A stretch of 62,951 nt of DNA, filler included, from Phoronis australis (GCA_002633005.1; 7 parts of 7 records of this genome joined end to end with filler, not necessarily neighbours in it); one strand, 5' to 3'. Shown: positions 24,921 through 38,779, numbered from the whole stretch's first letter. Made by a program: numbers and translations. Notes: a model not told the origin generated them from the sequence alone.

Positions 24921-27900
24921 CTACATGACTAGCATACATTTCCTGTTTGAACAATCTTTGTGCTTGAGATCTTTGAAAACCATGTTGATATTAACTCGAG
25001 CAGCCTTCATCATAACCATTATCATGACAGCTGTGGCCACTAACTGAAAATAACAAATAAATACACAATTCATTTTATGCTATGAATTATGACACAAAAT
25101 GTATGTAACTATCCATTAAGCTTGCATGAATGAAATTGGTAATTATAATTCACATTACCCTTTGACTGTGCTAGACTTAAAGGTTATCTATGACTAACTA
25201 CGAGTAGGGTGTCTTGGACAATTCGTTGGGTCTTCTTAAGCAAATCTTAACAGGAATGCCGTGCCCTCAAAACTGGCATACATTTCCTATAATCCCTTAG
25301 GTTTATTTTCTGTCAGTAAAATGAGAACCATGCTAAAAATGTGGAAGTGAATTTTCTGATAAGCTGTGAGTTTTCCTATCAGTATTTTTTCAGCCATGTG
25401 GACCCTGCGGTTCAATGTCTGAACTCAATTTCCAAATTATTTTTTACCTATCCTGCACCACTGTTTACTACAAACTTAAGAAAAACTGTTTGGTGATCAT
25501 ACTCGTGTACAGGAATGTCTAATCTTACTTTGCACTTGACGACCTCAGCATTAAAACTCTTAAGTTAGTACAAGAAATCGCTAGTTTGAAGCTCAAATCT
25601 TGGTATCACCAAGTGCGAAGTGAGAATAAAAGCTCCGGAGTCACCAAGTCCAAAGTTGGAGTAAAAACCAATCCGAGTAAATGGTAATACATCCGTACTC
25701 GAGCACACAATCACAGACACCTGACTCGAGATTGTTCTTAATTACAACAGCATTAACTAAGAAACCAAATTTCAAAAATAATTTGTTCGATTTCAGACAT
25801 GACCCAGGGCAAAAATTATTGTAAAAATTTCACCAATTAAAGAAACAACATGGCTGATGAGTGAAATTTTATTTTACCATTTTCATTTTTCCACAAAAGA
25901 TGTCGCCACCAAATTCATACTTTTCTAGGATCTAGCTCTACACCACAGTTACCGCCAGAAACTGTTTTGAAAAAATGCAATCATTCACAACAATGTAAGC
26001 ACTTGAAAAATGAAAAAGGTTCACTTTGGTAATTATTTCTGTCCAAACTTGGTGAGATTTCAGTGTACTAACAGGGTACAATCAGACCCTGACTCACTTG
26101 TGCCGCCACTATGTAGTAGCTAGTGTATGATGTTGTCTGGTTGGATAATACATCCTCCATGCTGCGTAGTGTACTGCCGATGTATGTATTTATCATTTGT
26201 GTAGGCAGCAGACCTGCCACGGATGCCACCATATACTTCCACATTGCTATATTAGACACCTGAAATATAACGTAGTAGTCGCTATATTAAACCATATAAG
26301 TAAGAATTATCAGCCTTTATACACAACACAATTATATATTTATATATACATATTAAACCATGTTCTGGTGTCAAAAATCAACTTTCTTAGAAAAGCAACA
26401 TCATCGGCTTCATCGCCCATTACAATAACTCAGCTGCCAGTGGAACTCCCGACCTGTGGCAATCACCACTTTCATGATTGTACAAAACACATAGTTTTCC
26501 TTCCCCTCAAAAATGTACAAAAACGGCTGATATTTTGTAGACCTGGATTTATTTATAAAAAACTGCAAAAAGCACAGCAAACGTTAGCCGTTAAAAAAGT
26601 GCTTGGACGTTCATGTCAAAGAATCGTGGCAGTATAAAACACCTTAGTTGTTGTGTCATCTCTTTACCAATTTGAAAATGTAAAAAATTAAACATTTTAT
26701 TTTGTCTTTAGCATTGCCATTTTTGTGGCCCTAGAAGCTCAGTACTAGCAAGCCTCCGCCCCCTTCCTCCGTAAACACAGGCATGTTCAGTAGACTCCCT
26801 AAAACCATGGGTACAACGTAGTTCCTCAAAATACCTGGGCCCAGGACCTAATCTCCAAACTCAGACTAGACTCGGACTTGAAACTAACAAATTGTGTGGC
26901 ATGGCTCAAGTACAAATAACAAAGTTTACTCGAAGCATGCATTGGGTCAATTCCGGGCCCTGATCTTTTAATCATTTTAGATTGATTGACTGACTTACAG
27001 TGCACTAATTTCCCCAATTTTCATCCCTTCATTTTGTATACATGTATTTGTCAGATAACAGTTCTAGAGTGGCAGTACCAGTATTTGGTGAATGATCCCT
27101 GAGCACAGTTCAGAGGTTGTACAGTGTCCAGCAGATAAGATTGTGATTGACAATCACCCCATCACACTGGTCATTTTCCAAGGGACTAAAGTTTGTCCAG
27201 AAGCAAACTTGAATCTCATGGTAAAGCTTTTTCTAGAATTTGGGAGAACACTGAAATTTTACTCCACAAATTTTCACGGAAACTGAATGAGATTTTTTAT
27301 TTCATTATTAACACAGTGCGTGTTGAACAATTGTCACCAACAAATACATTGCTCACTCTTGGAACATGATAGAAAACAATTTCCATGCTTATTTTTCATG
27401 AAATTTTAAATAACTTTACCATATGTTGTAAGCTGTGTTCAGTTATGACAGATGTTGTTATTCAAACCATGACTTCCCTATTATAGAAGTCCATGCCTCC
27501 CCACAGAGGCATTTTAAGATTATATAGGACCTTATTCACAAGTTTGTATGTTTAGGTAAATATCTACATAACTATAGATTTTAACTCCGTGAAACTCCTG
27601 AAATTGGAAAGCCTGGAAAATTTAACGTTTTTACTTCCATTAATCTGCCACTAATTGGGTCTCCTTTTGGGTACGAATTTACCAAGAAGTCATAGTTTGA
27701 TAGCCCCTCATGCCAAAGTGCAACATTTTAAAAGTACGTTCTAAATGCATTTTTGGGGAGCAGTGCATAAAGTATACAGCTTTAACATGAATCCAGTATT
27801 TAAAGTCGTTTCTGGGATGTGATGTTTCAAATTTAGCCACAGATGGAATTTTTCTGTGGTCCTACACAACCTTCTAAGGAAATAACATCTGAAATGAGCC

Positions 27901-30900
27901 CTACTGAACTGACATAACAAGATAAATCATAAATATCTCAAAAACAAATGTGACAACCGACATGTTTCAGATGTTATCAATCCTATCACATGAATTCAAA
28001 TGTCACCTTGCCTCATTCCTGAACAAGCTGGCAGATTGAAAGATTTCACCCATGAGGAAACTGGTGATGTGGTGTCCCCACATGCATGATGTACCGTAAA
28101 AGGCATTAGGCCACCTGCACCTTTTTTTTGTCTCATACCAATAAGAAACACATTGCCTCAAATCCAATTCAAATAAAATCTGAGAGCACTTTTCTCAGGT
28201 TGGTAAAGTAGAACCCATGAAATGTTATCAAATCAAGTCATTTGCCAATAACCCATGTAAGATAATCCACTTAGTGTCATATCCCTGGACGAACAGTTAC
28301 AATTCAAGCCTCAGTCAGTGAATAGCACTAAGCCAACTGCTTTAAACCTATTTAACAAAACTTGTCTACAAAATTGACCCTCAGACTAAACAAAGTTTTC
28401 CTAAGAGGGCACATATCCCCACAGGAAATGTGCCAGTAATACAAAATTGGGCCACATGCACATTCACATCAGACCCAAGCTCTTTTTCCATCACTTGATC
28501 ATTACTTGCTGACATTAAACAGCTGATAATCGTTTATATATAATTTACTCAGATAGGATAAAAGGACTCAAGCTGCAATTGTTATAGAATTTTAATATGG
28601 AAAACTGATTTTGTGTTAACAAGCAACGTAATGACCAGCAATGTGGTAAAACCTTGCCAATTTAGGACAGCATGGCTGACAAGTGAATTTTTATTTTCTC
28701 ATTTTTCTATCGTAGAGATGTCGCAGCAAATCTATGATGCCACACATTCAAGTTCTGCACCATAGCCATACATTCAATGCTTTGAAAATCAGGCATTCAC
28801 AACAACGTAAGAAGCCCTTGAAAATTGAGAAAGGGCAATTTTAGCAATTGTTTTTTGTCAGAGACTGAACTTTACAACTTTTACGTTGATACACGGTGTT
28901 TATTAAGTGTTACAAATTATACTTTAGTCTGCACACAAGTGTCAACAGATTCTTCACCTGATCTACGTGATACTAGCAATGTAACATTACGGTGCTGACT
29001 CCGAACTCCCATTGAGTTCAACTTGTTCAGTTGTACAGCACAACAACAAGTTGGGTGGATGATCCCTGCAGCCAATATCTACAGGACTGATTAACTCCAT
29101 TCTGGCATTGATGGATTGAGGATCAGCTCTCTTTTGTTCAATAATTGCTCTAATCTCTGATAAGAACGTATCTAGCCTGACTGGTCTGTGCTTTTAAAAA
29201 TAAAGTTAAGTTAAAAAATGTTTGAACATAACCCAATAACATTTCTGAATTCCTCATCAAATGCTGATCATGCTCAGTCTTTGAATCACCAAAATCACCC
29301 AACTACAACCGAAGTTAAGACAATCTAGCTGTCCGAAAGTACCAACGCACTGGGTTCGACTGTTCATATGCGATCGGTAATAAGCCTGGTAGATAATTGG
29401 TCTGCATGTTGTTGTACCAGACAAAAGACTGTACTCCACAGTTACATAAGTCCTATATTTATTGCAGAAACGAAACATTTTAAGAGCAATTCCTAAATGT
29501 GTTTTGGAGTACAGTGAATAAAACATACGATCTGCTTGTTTCATGTGAATTTGAGCAGCCATTTACAAGATGTGGCATTGTGAAGTTGGCCAAATTTGGA
29601 TATTTTTGTAGGGTTCAACAGTGTTCGAATTAAAACATTCTGGTAACAGTTTCATGAATGGTAAATTAAATTAATTTCTCATGTTTAACTTTAATGGAAG
29701 CAAGCATTAGAATCAGTTTGTATGAATTACAAAATTTAACTATGGTATGCTATTCCTGAGCTAAATAACTAGTAACTCAGTGAGTGTATATAGCTGTTTT
29801 CTACACCATTAATATTTCCCCCAGGGACCTGATGCAGTTCAGTCACATATATGTAAATAGACTAATTTACAACACTGCAATTGAGACACAGTTCAGAAAT
29901 CGAAGATACACTGTACCATCTCGCCAAGACTAAAAGGCCTCCAGAAGTGGAAAAACATCCTAGTTAGAATTGACCTAATTCCATGACTGATGACTAACTA
30001 TTGGTAGAAGAAAATTCAGTTCGCAGGACCAATCTTGATGTTGTGTTGATGAAGTCAAAAACTGTTTTGAGGTTAAAGAATGACATCAGTTACTGGAATC
30101 AGCAGCTTTGTTTGTTTAAAGCTGCATTTCACCCTATTGGCTATAAACAAAAATCAAAGTTGACCCTTTACTCTTCTAAAATTGGTCTCAGAATATTCCT
30201 TACTGCGACAGAACTCCATTTCTATTACCAACTCAAGCCACAAGCATTGCGTACATACACCATTTTGGAAATCACAATTTTAGGGTTGACCAACCCCTAT
30301 AAATAGTGTTTTCTTGGACCACTGATGGTTTTGATGTTCTTGTTGGTAACAGAAACAGGGTTCTATCACCGGTAATGAATATTATAAGACCTATTTTATG
30401 CACTAAAGTAATTCATTTTTAGACAGCTAAACTGAGTGAAATACACCTTTCAAGTTGCACTTCATTTTGCACTTTTGGTGACACTTCTTCATTTATTTCG
30501 CACAAAAGCTATCGAAACAACATTGCCATTTTTTCTATTTTTAATGTACATACCATTCTATTATGATTAAAATTCTACTAAATGCTGTTTTAGGATTATC
30601 ATACATTACATTAAAGAGGCAATTATAAACCCACTGTTTCTGTAAAAAAAGTTTTGATTTAGGCCATTTAACGGTTACGAAAATTGTATTATCTTGTTCC
30701 TTACTTGGTTTAGAACTAACTTTTGACCTGGGGAAGAACTGACAGGTTGTTATTTCTTCAGACCTCATATTTCAAGTCACCATGTGAAATCACTTCAAGC
30801 TTGATTATGGAACAATTTAAGACTAATTTCATAACAGTAAATAACCTGAATCAAAATTTGATTTCAACAGAAATCCCTGTTTGACTGAACTAACTATAAT

Positions 30901-32663
30901 TGAATTTTTGATAGAATTTCAGACAAATTGGTCAGCAAAATTGATGAGGCTTCCGAATGCATCTTGAAAAAAATCAAATTTAATTTGCAATGAACTCCTG
31001 CTCTGGTAACCTGACCTTATCACAGTTCAAACATGTGGCGAAAAGATAATGTTTACCTTTCAATGTAACCCTTGAAATAACTTAGTTCAATCTATTTGTG
31101 AGCTTGTCAGTCAGTCAAGCCAGGTTTGAGAACAACTTGACAGTCTATGGAGCTGGGTATTCACTTTCAATTCACCAAGTGTAGTAACTCAATAAAACAA
31201 ATGTAATGTAAATTTGTTGAAATCACAAAGTTCAAACTGCAACTTAAATTAATTTAGTGACAGTGAATTTTCATGATGAAACAATGAATGACCTCCATTG
31301 GGTCCATGGTTTTATTATAATTAGGAATACTTAACCAAAACAAAGGCCTCCATCCCAAAACATGAACTAAAGCAATAGCGAAATTGCATGTGGCCTTTTG
31401 AATTTCTGGTGCTACACCAACAGAATACACATCAAAGTTGAATACCACTGAACCCCAGACTTTTCATCAACTGAATGCAAAAACACATAGACGAAGTCAA
31501 TGTTTTGGTGAAAACAAAGGTAAGATTGCTCCCAAATGTAAGCTCCAATCACTTAACACTCCACCTCATGATACTTTTATGACCAATCACAGTAAGCAGT
31601 GGGGTAACATGTACAACCTGAAACAGGGAGCACCAGCCTAGAGGGACCGAAAATCCATAGCTTTTTTATTCAGTCACCCTATGTGGAGTTCTTCTTTTGA
31701 CCGTGCATACATTTACTTATCTTATCAGAGGTTGGAGGATGGAATAAAATACATATGCAGTTATAACTTAAATGTAAGGCAATTTTCTCAGAACTAGGTA
31801 TAGTGCAGAACTCAAAGTGGTGAAGTATTAATTTAGTGGTACATCTTCTTTTCAAAAAATAAGAAAATGAGTATTGGTGAGAGTTTAAAGCAGCAAAAAT
31901 GACCCCTGCCATCAAAGTAATTAGACTTGTTTGCCAGTATCATACAACATAAATTCTCCATGATGACAAAAATTGATGTTAAAAACTCGGCATTTCATTG
32001 ACTTACTGAAAATAGGGCATTCTGTAGACCAAATGGTATTGGCGTAAGTCTTGTTAGCACCACAATGCCACAACCAGACCGCCCCTCAAGCACTCTTAGA
32101 ACTGCATCCATACTCGCATTAGTAAGTCTTGACTTAACACAGTTAGAAAAAAAACGACGTATTATCACGTGAGACACAAATATCCCATAGGTCGCAGATG
32201 TTGAAGTGACCAGAACACCTTGAACAAATCCAAACAGGTATCCCGTTGTAATGTTAAGTACAACATAACCCCAAGTAAAGGGAAATGAAACTAATAAAAA
32301 CAATGCCAGGAATATTCCGAATGAGAGCCACGTATCCTGAAGTTCAATCCACAACAACAGAACACGAACATAACCTTTGAGCACAAGCAATAGAGAGCAC
32401 ACTCCCAAAACCGAGATCAGTGTTGCCAGAGAGAAATTCCAAGACTTAGTTCTGTGCCTCTTTAACTGAACATCTGCCACGACTGGAACGATAAATGAGC
32501 CATGAAGTGTTTTATCTGTCAACGCCAGCTCAACATCCAGGGGCAGCGACATGGGATGGAGACTGAAAATATCCTCTACTTCACACGGTTTTCCAAACAA
32601 GAACTCGGTGGCTGTTTGTGTTGCCGTTGGTATTTGATTTGCAGCATTCGATATTTTACTCAT
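24921..32663 (-). CDS. TMEM64: Transmembrane protein 64 (VTT/SNARE-associated DedA domain), ~313 aa
   Basis: Three phase-0 exons: 32663-32007, 26259-26098, 25043-24921 (TAG). Motifs: LVSFPFTWGYVVLN..GYLFGF, VVLTRLTPIPFGLQNALFS, GLLPTQ..NTYIGSTLRSMEDV. Confidence 0.93.
25800..26062 (+). repeat. Dispersed repeat family (related pieces ~28640-28870 and ~18900-19025)
   Basis: catggctga..agtgaa.ttttattt...agatgtcgc..caaat...cattcacaacaa.gtaag...ttgaaaa is shared between the loci. Confidence 0.6.
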
Positions 32664-32892
32664 GCTTTGAGGTTAAATAATGCGATGCCCCAGCAACCAC
32701 ATGTCTTCAACTGCCAAGATACGCGTTATCCGACCTTATCCACAGAAATCCATGTGTATCATTCGATGAACGCTTGCGTCCCCGATTGACTTTTGACCTA
32801 ATTTTCCACCAAGACAGACGGAAACTGTTACATTCAGCATTCACGACTAACTAGCAGACGACAGGTTTGACAAACTCAGTCAATGTAGGCCT

Positions 32893-32941
32893 CATAGGCG
32901 GATTTAGGGGGGGGGGGAGTAGGCCCGCCCCCCCCCCCCCC
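32893..32941. mobile_element. Terminus of the CATAGGCGGATTTAGG MITE family upstream of TMEM64, cut by gap
   Basis: Exact reverse complement of the right TIR of 14896-15866. Confidence 0.8.
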
Positions 32942-33099
32942 NNNNNNNNNNNNNNNNNNNNNNNNNNNNNNNNNNNNNNNNNNNNTTAATTAATTAANNN
33001 NNNNNNNNNNNNNNNNNNNNNNNNNNNNNNNNNNNNNNNNNGAAGTTATAATTAACACATACCCTGACTCTGGACACAATTTAGTCTACAAATAACTTG

Positions 33100-33850
33100 A
33101 GCATATTCATGAAAACCTCGCGGTTCTCTCGAGTTTCTCTCACTAAAGAGCCGCCATTTTGAGGAAGTTACGTGAAACCACGCCTGTTGACGAACAAAAA
33201 GTGCAAGGGACACAAATCTTACAAATTTCACTTGATATTTTCTCATGCTATTTTGCAAGTGTCACGCGCCAGGTCACGCGCCAGATCTCGCGCTTCGCTC
33301 AGTCTCGCGCTAGCCTTTGCCTCATACTCACCTGACTCAGTTGAATTACTTGATTGTGGTAATCGCGCGCGCGGACAAAGTTAACAGTAACCACAAAGTG
33401 GAGTTGGAATTCTTCGCCTAAGTCACCTGAATTCCCTTATATTATATGCTTCATCGAAGATATGTTTAGAAGCAGAAAGAGTCACTGAAGAAAGTGAGAG
33501 CCTTTTAGGTGCTAATTTTAGGTGTAGAATGTATTTTCGACGAGGTGAAAACTTTATCAGTGAGCGGATTTCGCCTACCGCCCGTTTAAAATACACGGGA
33601 CGAAATTAGTACAGAACGCGATAGAACGTATTGTAGTGCGAATCTGAAGTTCGTTTGCCATAACAGCAATGCTTTTGGACATTTTTCGAACTAAACGGCT
33701 AAAAACTCGAAGACAATAACAAAATACACTCTGCTACCGTATTGGGCAAATGACCAAACGACAAGCTTTTGCCCCACTTCCCGTGACGTCACAGTTAAGT
33801 CTCACATAATCTCGCGTTATTGTTATAAACTCGCAAAAGGCCTATTGCGA
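33100..33850. promoter_or_regulatory. CpG-rich promoter-like region
   Basis: Locally high CpG content, a YY1-like ccgccatttt (33151-33160), a palindromic CRE gtgacgtcac (33783-33792) and a strong minus-strand donor (cag|gtgagt) near 33331. Linkage to TMEM64 is uncertain because a spacer lies between them. Confidence 0.4.
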
Positions 33851-33857
33851 ATTCAGC

Positions 33858-34371
33858 AAAGGACATTGTATCGACATTTATACGCTATGAAAAATATGAC
33901 GCATACGATATCTTAATTCAGTGAAGTTTTTCTCTCATGTTCTCTCACTTGTAAATCACCGATCTCCAATAATAGTTACTAAACTTTAATTTATTGATTC
34001 ACTTTATTTCTACTTTGTTTAAATTTTCAATTGATTTTGAGTAAATTAAAGCATTATTTGACATAAATAGCTCGACTTTTCTTAAAAGGTTACAACCTCC
34101 GACCCCAGGCCTCTCACATAGAATGTACATGTAGTTACAAAGCCGAGGTCAGTCGAGAAAGGCAGATCGATTCATTGCAATGTTTCTTGTTCAAAATGTG
34201 GTTTAAATAGTTTATTACATGTTCTCAGTCGTTATCCCCCTTATCTTGAGCCCTCGTGGATTTTGAAGAATTTTCACACTCGGGGCTGACGCCCCTCGGG
34301 CGATAATTCTCCATAATCCACTCGGGCTCTAGATAACGGGGGATAACGACTTCGCCATGTAATAATCTATA
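33858..34371. mobile_element. Crypton-like non-autonomous element ending in a ~165-nt imperfect palindrome; second copy 48216-48610
   Basis: The two loci align over several hundred bp. The hairpin 34207-34371 is centred on ggggc-tgac-gcccc. Confidence 0.65.
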
Positions 34372-34374
34372 TTT

Positions 34375-35019
34375 ATCTCGCCGGTTATTTATGCATGGAT
34401 CAATTAAAAATCACTTTCAAATACTCCACAAACAGAAAATTATTTCTCGTTCAGATATTGTTGACAATGCCATCGTCAGGTATTTCGAACGTGACTCCTT
34501 TCGTTTGAAAATACTGGAAGCTTTAATAATAAAAACTGAAACTCATGACATAAATTCCCAAGAAACTGGGTTCCATCGTACCTTGTCGTTATATGAATAA
34601 TGTCCATAAGTTGTAACAGATATGTATTTTATTAAATTTTACAACGTTTTATAATGCATTAGTTTCCACGACAATTCCTTCTGTAATTGCGCTCTTATGT
34701 ATGCAACCTTATATTCGTGTTACTTTAATGTCATTGTTCTTGTTTCATATATCTTGCACGATAGCGTTTATGATTTTTAAATTTATGTGCCTTTGTGCCT
34801 TGGATGACTGAAGTGTAGTCGAAGTATCGCTACTGTTTTATTATGAAATGTTTTGTACAGTGTTTTATTATATATTTAGTCATATATTTTTGTTCGTGAT
34901 GCCACTTACACTCGGCGATCTACTATTTCAACTGCCATCTGAAGAAAGACATCTATATAGGCACTATGAAAGTTTGTTGAACAAACTAACTAAAGCCAAG
35001 TACAGCTTACTATTCAATG

Positions 35020-35070
<51 letters not shown>

Positions 35071-35100
35071 TATAAATATATTTATATGTATGTATGTTTA
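34375..35100 (+). mobile_element. Penelope-like (Naiad-type) retroelement 3' end/pLTR: GIY-YIG tail, UTR, next ORF N-terminus, (CA)n/(TA)n
   Basis: HGSIKNHF...RLKILEALIIK...INSQ (34391-34600) is a PLE endonuclease C-terminus. MPLTLGDLL...SLLFNE follows and runs into (CA)n at 35022. Confidence 0.82.
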
Positions 35101-35270
35101 TGTATAGTCTTCACCAATTCATCTGGGAGAATCTTCTTGTGAATATTCTTGGTTGGCTTCTCACCAATAACGTTTTTTCTTGCCCAGGTCGTTACTTACA
35201 CACACATTTACTTGTGCCTTTCCTCTGCCTATCTATGTTTCCAGACTAAAAGTTCTTAAATAACACTCAC

Positions 35271-35429
35271 CTTTGCGGCTTCCGGCGCTCTAAGCACGTA
35301 TTCCTGCGTCATATCTTTCAGTAAACACACCTTGTTACTCTCGTAGCTGTCCCCAGGAATGCCGAGTTGTTCACAAACATAACTTCCTACTATATTCATG
35401 AAGTCGCCACAAAAGCAACCGGCATTTAC
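35271..35429 (-). CDS. Isolated candidate coding exon, unknown protein
   Basis: Acceptor ctctacag and donor aag|gtgagt enclose 159 nt, phase 0/0, open in one frame only (VNAGCFCGDFMNIVGSYVCEQLGIPGDSYESNKVCLLKDMTQEYVLRAPEAAK). Confidence 0.4.
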
Positions 35430-35832
35430 CTGTAGAGTGCAGTAGCGTGTATAAGGTAAATCTCTAGATGTAACGCATGCAAAAGTCGCATTTGGTTTTT
35501 TAGGGACGTGATGTAGGACTGGATTTGTTAACTTTACGGGAGTATTTGAAATCGACGTTGGGAGGTGCTCAGACCTAACGCGTTCAACAACGGAACAGTT
35601 TTAAAAATAGGCCTATATTCTAACAAAAGTTGGGTGCTTGAGTCAGTATCCTTGGTCCCTGGCAAGAAAAATCATTGTAAGCAAAGTCACTCAATTTAGA
35701 CGTCCACCAGGTTTTCACCATAACTAAACAGACGGGATATTTTTCGCGCAAGAGTAACAAACTATTGATAGGTCTCGTTTACGGCCAAATTAACACACGG
35801 AAACTCAAGCGATGTCATATTTACGATATTAT

Positions 35833-36850
35833 ATCAGGTGTCCCAAAAAGTGAGCCATTGTTTGACAAAAAAATTTCAGCAACGGGTTAACCGAATTTTT
35901 TCAAATTTCTTACAGATAAACTTTAGGATATCATCAACATGTGTGCAAAATATCAAATAGTGAGTACTGTCAAATTAAAAACACCAGGTCAAAAAATAAA
36001 ATATTTAAGGGAAGCTCTCTTATTTCAGTTTATGCACAATGTGGTCTCCACCTTCCTCCACGACTGAGCGGAGCCGTTTCTTCCGACCAGAAATGCTTTT
36101 CCGTATTTCTTCATAGAGATTTCCGCCCATGTGACATAATTATCCTGTCTTTTAATACCTGCTCAGTCAATTTGTCTCTCATTCCCCAGTAAACTTTCAC
36201 CTTCAGAGAGTTCCTTACGGCATAGTCCATTGGATTGCATTCAGGACTGAGCGGAGGGCTCTCATTCTGTTAGGTGAATTTTGGTGTAGCCAGCTCCACA
36301 TTTGCTTGGGTTATCTAGCTCGTGTGTGAAGGAACCCTATCTTGCTGAACCGCTTAATTGTTTCCAGAATAAAGTGGACAGCAAACCGGAGACGATTTTC
36401 ATCCAATAACTGCATGTACTGTAGCGTTGACTGTTGACTTTGGCTCTATCAAGGTCAATAAAATGAAAATTTGTTTTTCCTTCCAAATATACTCCGGCGG
36501 AAAGCATAATTTTTTTTTGTCAAAATTGGAATTCTCATGATAGAGTCGAGGAGGCTGAATTTCTCGTTTTTGCTTCCAATAAACATGATCGTTTTGGTGA
36601 TTTTTAGCGATTCCAAGCGTGAAGTCCTTTTCATCAGTGAAAATTATATTCTTTTCATACCGATGGCTGAATAGCGGTCATGCAACTATCGGCATCGAGT
36701 TATTTCTTTTCCTTCTTACATTTTGATCTCTTTGTGGTTCTAGCTCCATTTTTTTCGCCATAGTTTGCACAAAAGTCTTGCTCGCATATAAATCGGATGC
36801 AACTTCTCTCAGAGATTTGTGATTCCCCGGGTTGCCCTCTGCGTTTCTTC
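35833..36850 (-). mobile_element. Degenerate Tc1/mariner-superfamily transposon
   Basis: Frameshifted remnants IIFTDEKDF, QQD..PSHT and PPLSPECNPMDY on the minus strand. TA-flanked end tatcaggtgtccca near 35833. Confidence 0.8.
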
Positions 36851-37727
36851 AAGCGTTAACTAACCATGCTGGTCTGCATGCAGCAACGTGTACGTCCATA
36901 GGAGAATAACGAACTTTGAAAAAAATCACAACGGACCTAGATTGAAAAAGATGATCCCAAACTATTAGATTGGAAATTTGTCCGATTTTTCACTCAAACT
37001 GACGGAGATTGCAGTCATCGTAGTTCAGCAAGTTCTTTTTTAACCGTTTTATTGCATGCCTATTATCTTGGACTTAGAGTAATTGCAGCAAATTAAGCTC
37101 AAATAGCCAGCCTTAAAGCATTGTCTAAAATTATCGATTGAACAGTATTTGTGAAAGCGTGAATAAAACTGTACAAGGTGCGCCTCTCGTGTGGGATCGG
37201 TTGCATCAAACTTTAAAATGCTGGATAGGTTTGGTTTTTGCATAACGTCAAAAAATGTTTAACAATGACAACGTGACGCGCGATGATGTGATGTCATTGT
37301 TTATCCACGTTATCACTTTTATACAACGGGTCCTGATGCTAAGGAACCACTCTTATAGTGAGTTCATTATATTTCCTGTGTTGGCATTTGGTTCATGAAG
37401 ATTAGCTATGGTGATAGGTGAATTCAATCCATCACAGTCTCCAGTATCAGCTTAATAAATACTGAAAACTAAGGATATTTTCAAAACATACACACGCACA
37501 TCTACGCACTCGCGCGAGTATAAATACCACGCTGAGCCTCATTACGCATTTTGTTTCGTTTCGGGATAGAGGACGATTTTGAAAATGTTCTTGGTTTCTA
37601 AATCGGTCTACAAAGTCACTCAAAAGGTGCACGTGGTATGTATAACAGTGAACTGTTGACCTGCTTTTAAGTAGAGGTCAACAGTTGATCCCGCCTGGAG
37701 TCGGTTACAAGATTAACGTTTTAAGCT

Positions 37728-38216
37728 AGTTACTCACTGCAAATTCAGTTGACATTTTGAGTGAATGTTGTAAAGGCGAACCTCTCACGACCATCATCAA
37801 CCAGTGCTTGCACACTGGTATATTTCCAGATGCTCTAAAGATTGCTAAAGTGATCCCAGTTTTTAAACAACATGGTTTGGACCCAGAGCACCCGAGCAAT
37901 TATAGACCCATTTCTATTCTTCCAACAATCTAAAAAATTATAGAAAAAATATCCATACTCAACTTTCAACTTTCCTAAATGAAAATGATATTCTTAATAA
38001 ACATCAATATGGTTTCAGGAAATGTCACTCTACAGAACTTGCTTCGCTTGAACTTTTAGACCGCATTTGCTCCCATCTTGATAATGACATGAATCCACTG
38101 GTCATCTTTCTAGATCTCTCTAAAGCTTTCGACACAATAGACCACCAAATGCTCTTGCAAAAGATAAATCACTATGGTATTACTGGAGTTGAATATACAC
38201 TGTTTAAAAGTTATCT
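37728..38216 (+). mobile_element. CR1/L2-type LINE ORF2 reverse transcriptase fragment (decayed)
   Basis: GIFPDALKIAKVIPVFK, NYRPISILP, QYGFRK.HST and IFLDLSKAFDTIDH, with a stop/frameshift. Cut by gap. Confidence 0.92.
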
Positions 38217-38316
38217 NNNNNNNNNNNNNNNNNNNNNNNNNNNNNNNNNNNNNNNNNNNNTTAATTAATTAANNNNNNNNNNNNNNNNNNNNNNNNNNNN
38301 NNNNNNNNNNNNNNNN

Positions 38317-38779
38317 GAAGTGTCAACATCTGTCTGAAGTGCCACCAATCAATTGTGCAGATCATCGACAATGTTGAGAAGAATAAGTCTGATATTAGTA
38401 CACAGTCCAAAACGAGTCAGCTGTGGCTGGTCTGAAGACGCTCCATACTGCTTGGGCAATGATCAAGGCCAGATCGCACTCGGTCTCGGAATGATCACGT
38501 GCAAGCTGTTGGTGATGCCTTGCTCAGAATTATTATTTGCTGCAGCTGGACACCACAACTCCCTGAAATCCGCTTGCCTTTACGTACAAGAAATGGCTGA
38601 ATTTGAGAGCAAACATCCAGATGTGCATGCGAAGTTTCAAATATGGCTTTCAGGTGAGTCGGCGAACAAACCAGATTTGGAAAGGCCTCAGCTGTGATCT
38701 AGCCATTGAACAAATTACTAAATGCGATCGCTAAAAAGCACAGGCGGCTTGACTCATGGCAGTAAGATGACAGAGGACT
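38317..38779 (+). mobile_element. Decayed transposon-associated ORF fragment (continues at 42262-42563)
   Basis: FAAAGHHN..KSA.LY.Q.M and DLAIEQ.LMRSLKSTGGLTHG are remembered from a repetitive invertebrate protein family with a C-terminal CXC domain. Contains frameshifts. Confidence 0.55.

Noticed and set aside
33331-33426. Coding exon GDLGEEFQLHF... on the minus strand
   Set aside because: Good donor but weak acceptor, no recognisable homology, and its phase does not match the 35271-35429 candidate exon.
34803-34850. SECIS element in the Naiad-like UTR (ATGA...AA...GA)
   Set aside because: Spacing and pairing are poor and the AA is not kept in all copies. A hammerhead remnant fits better.
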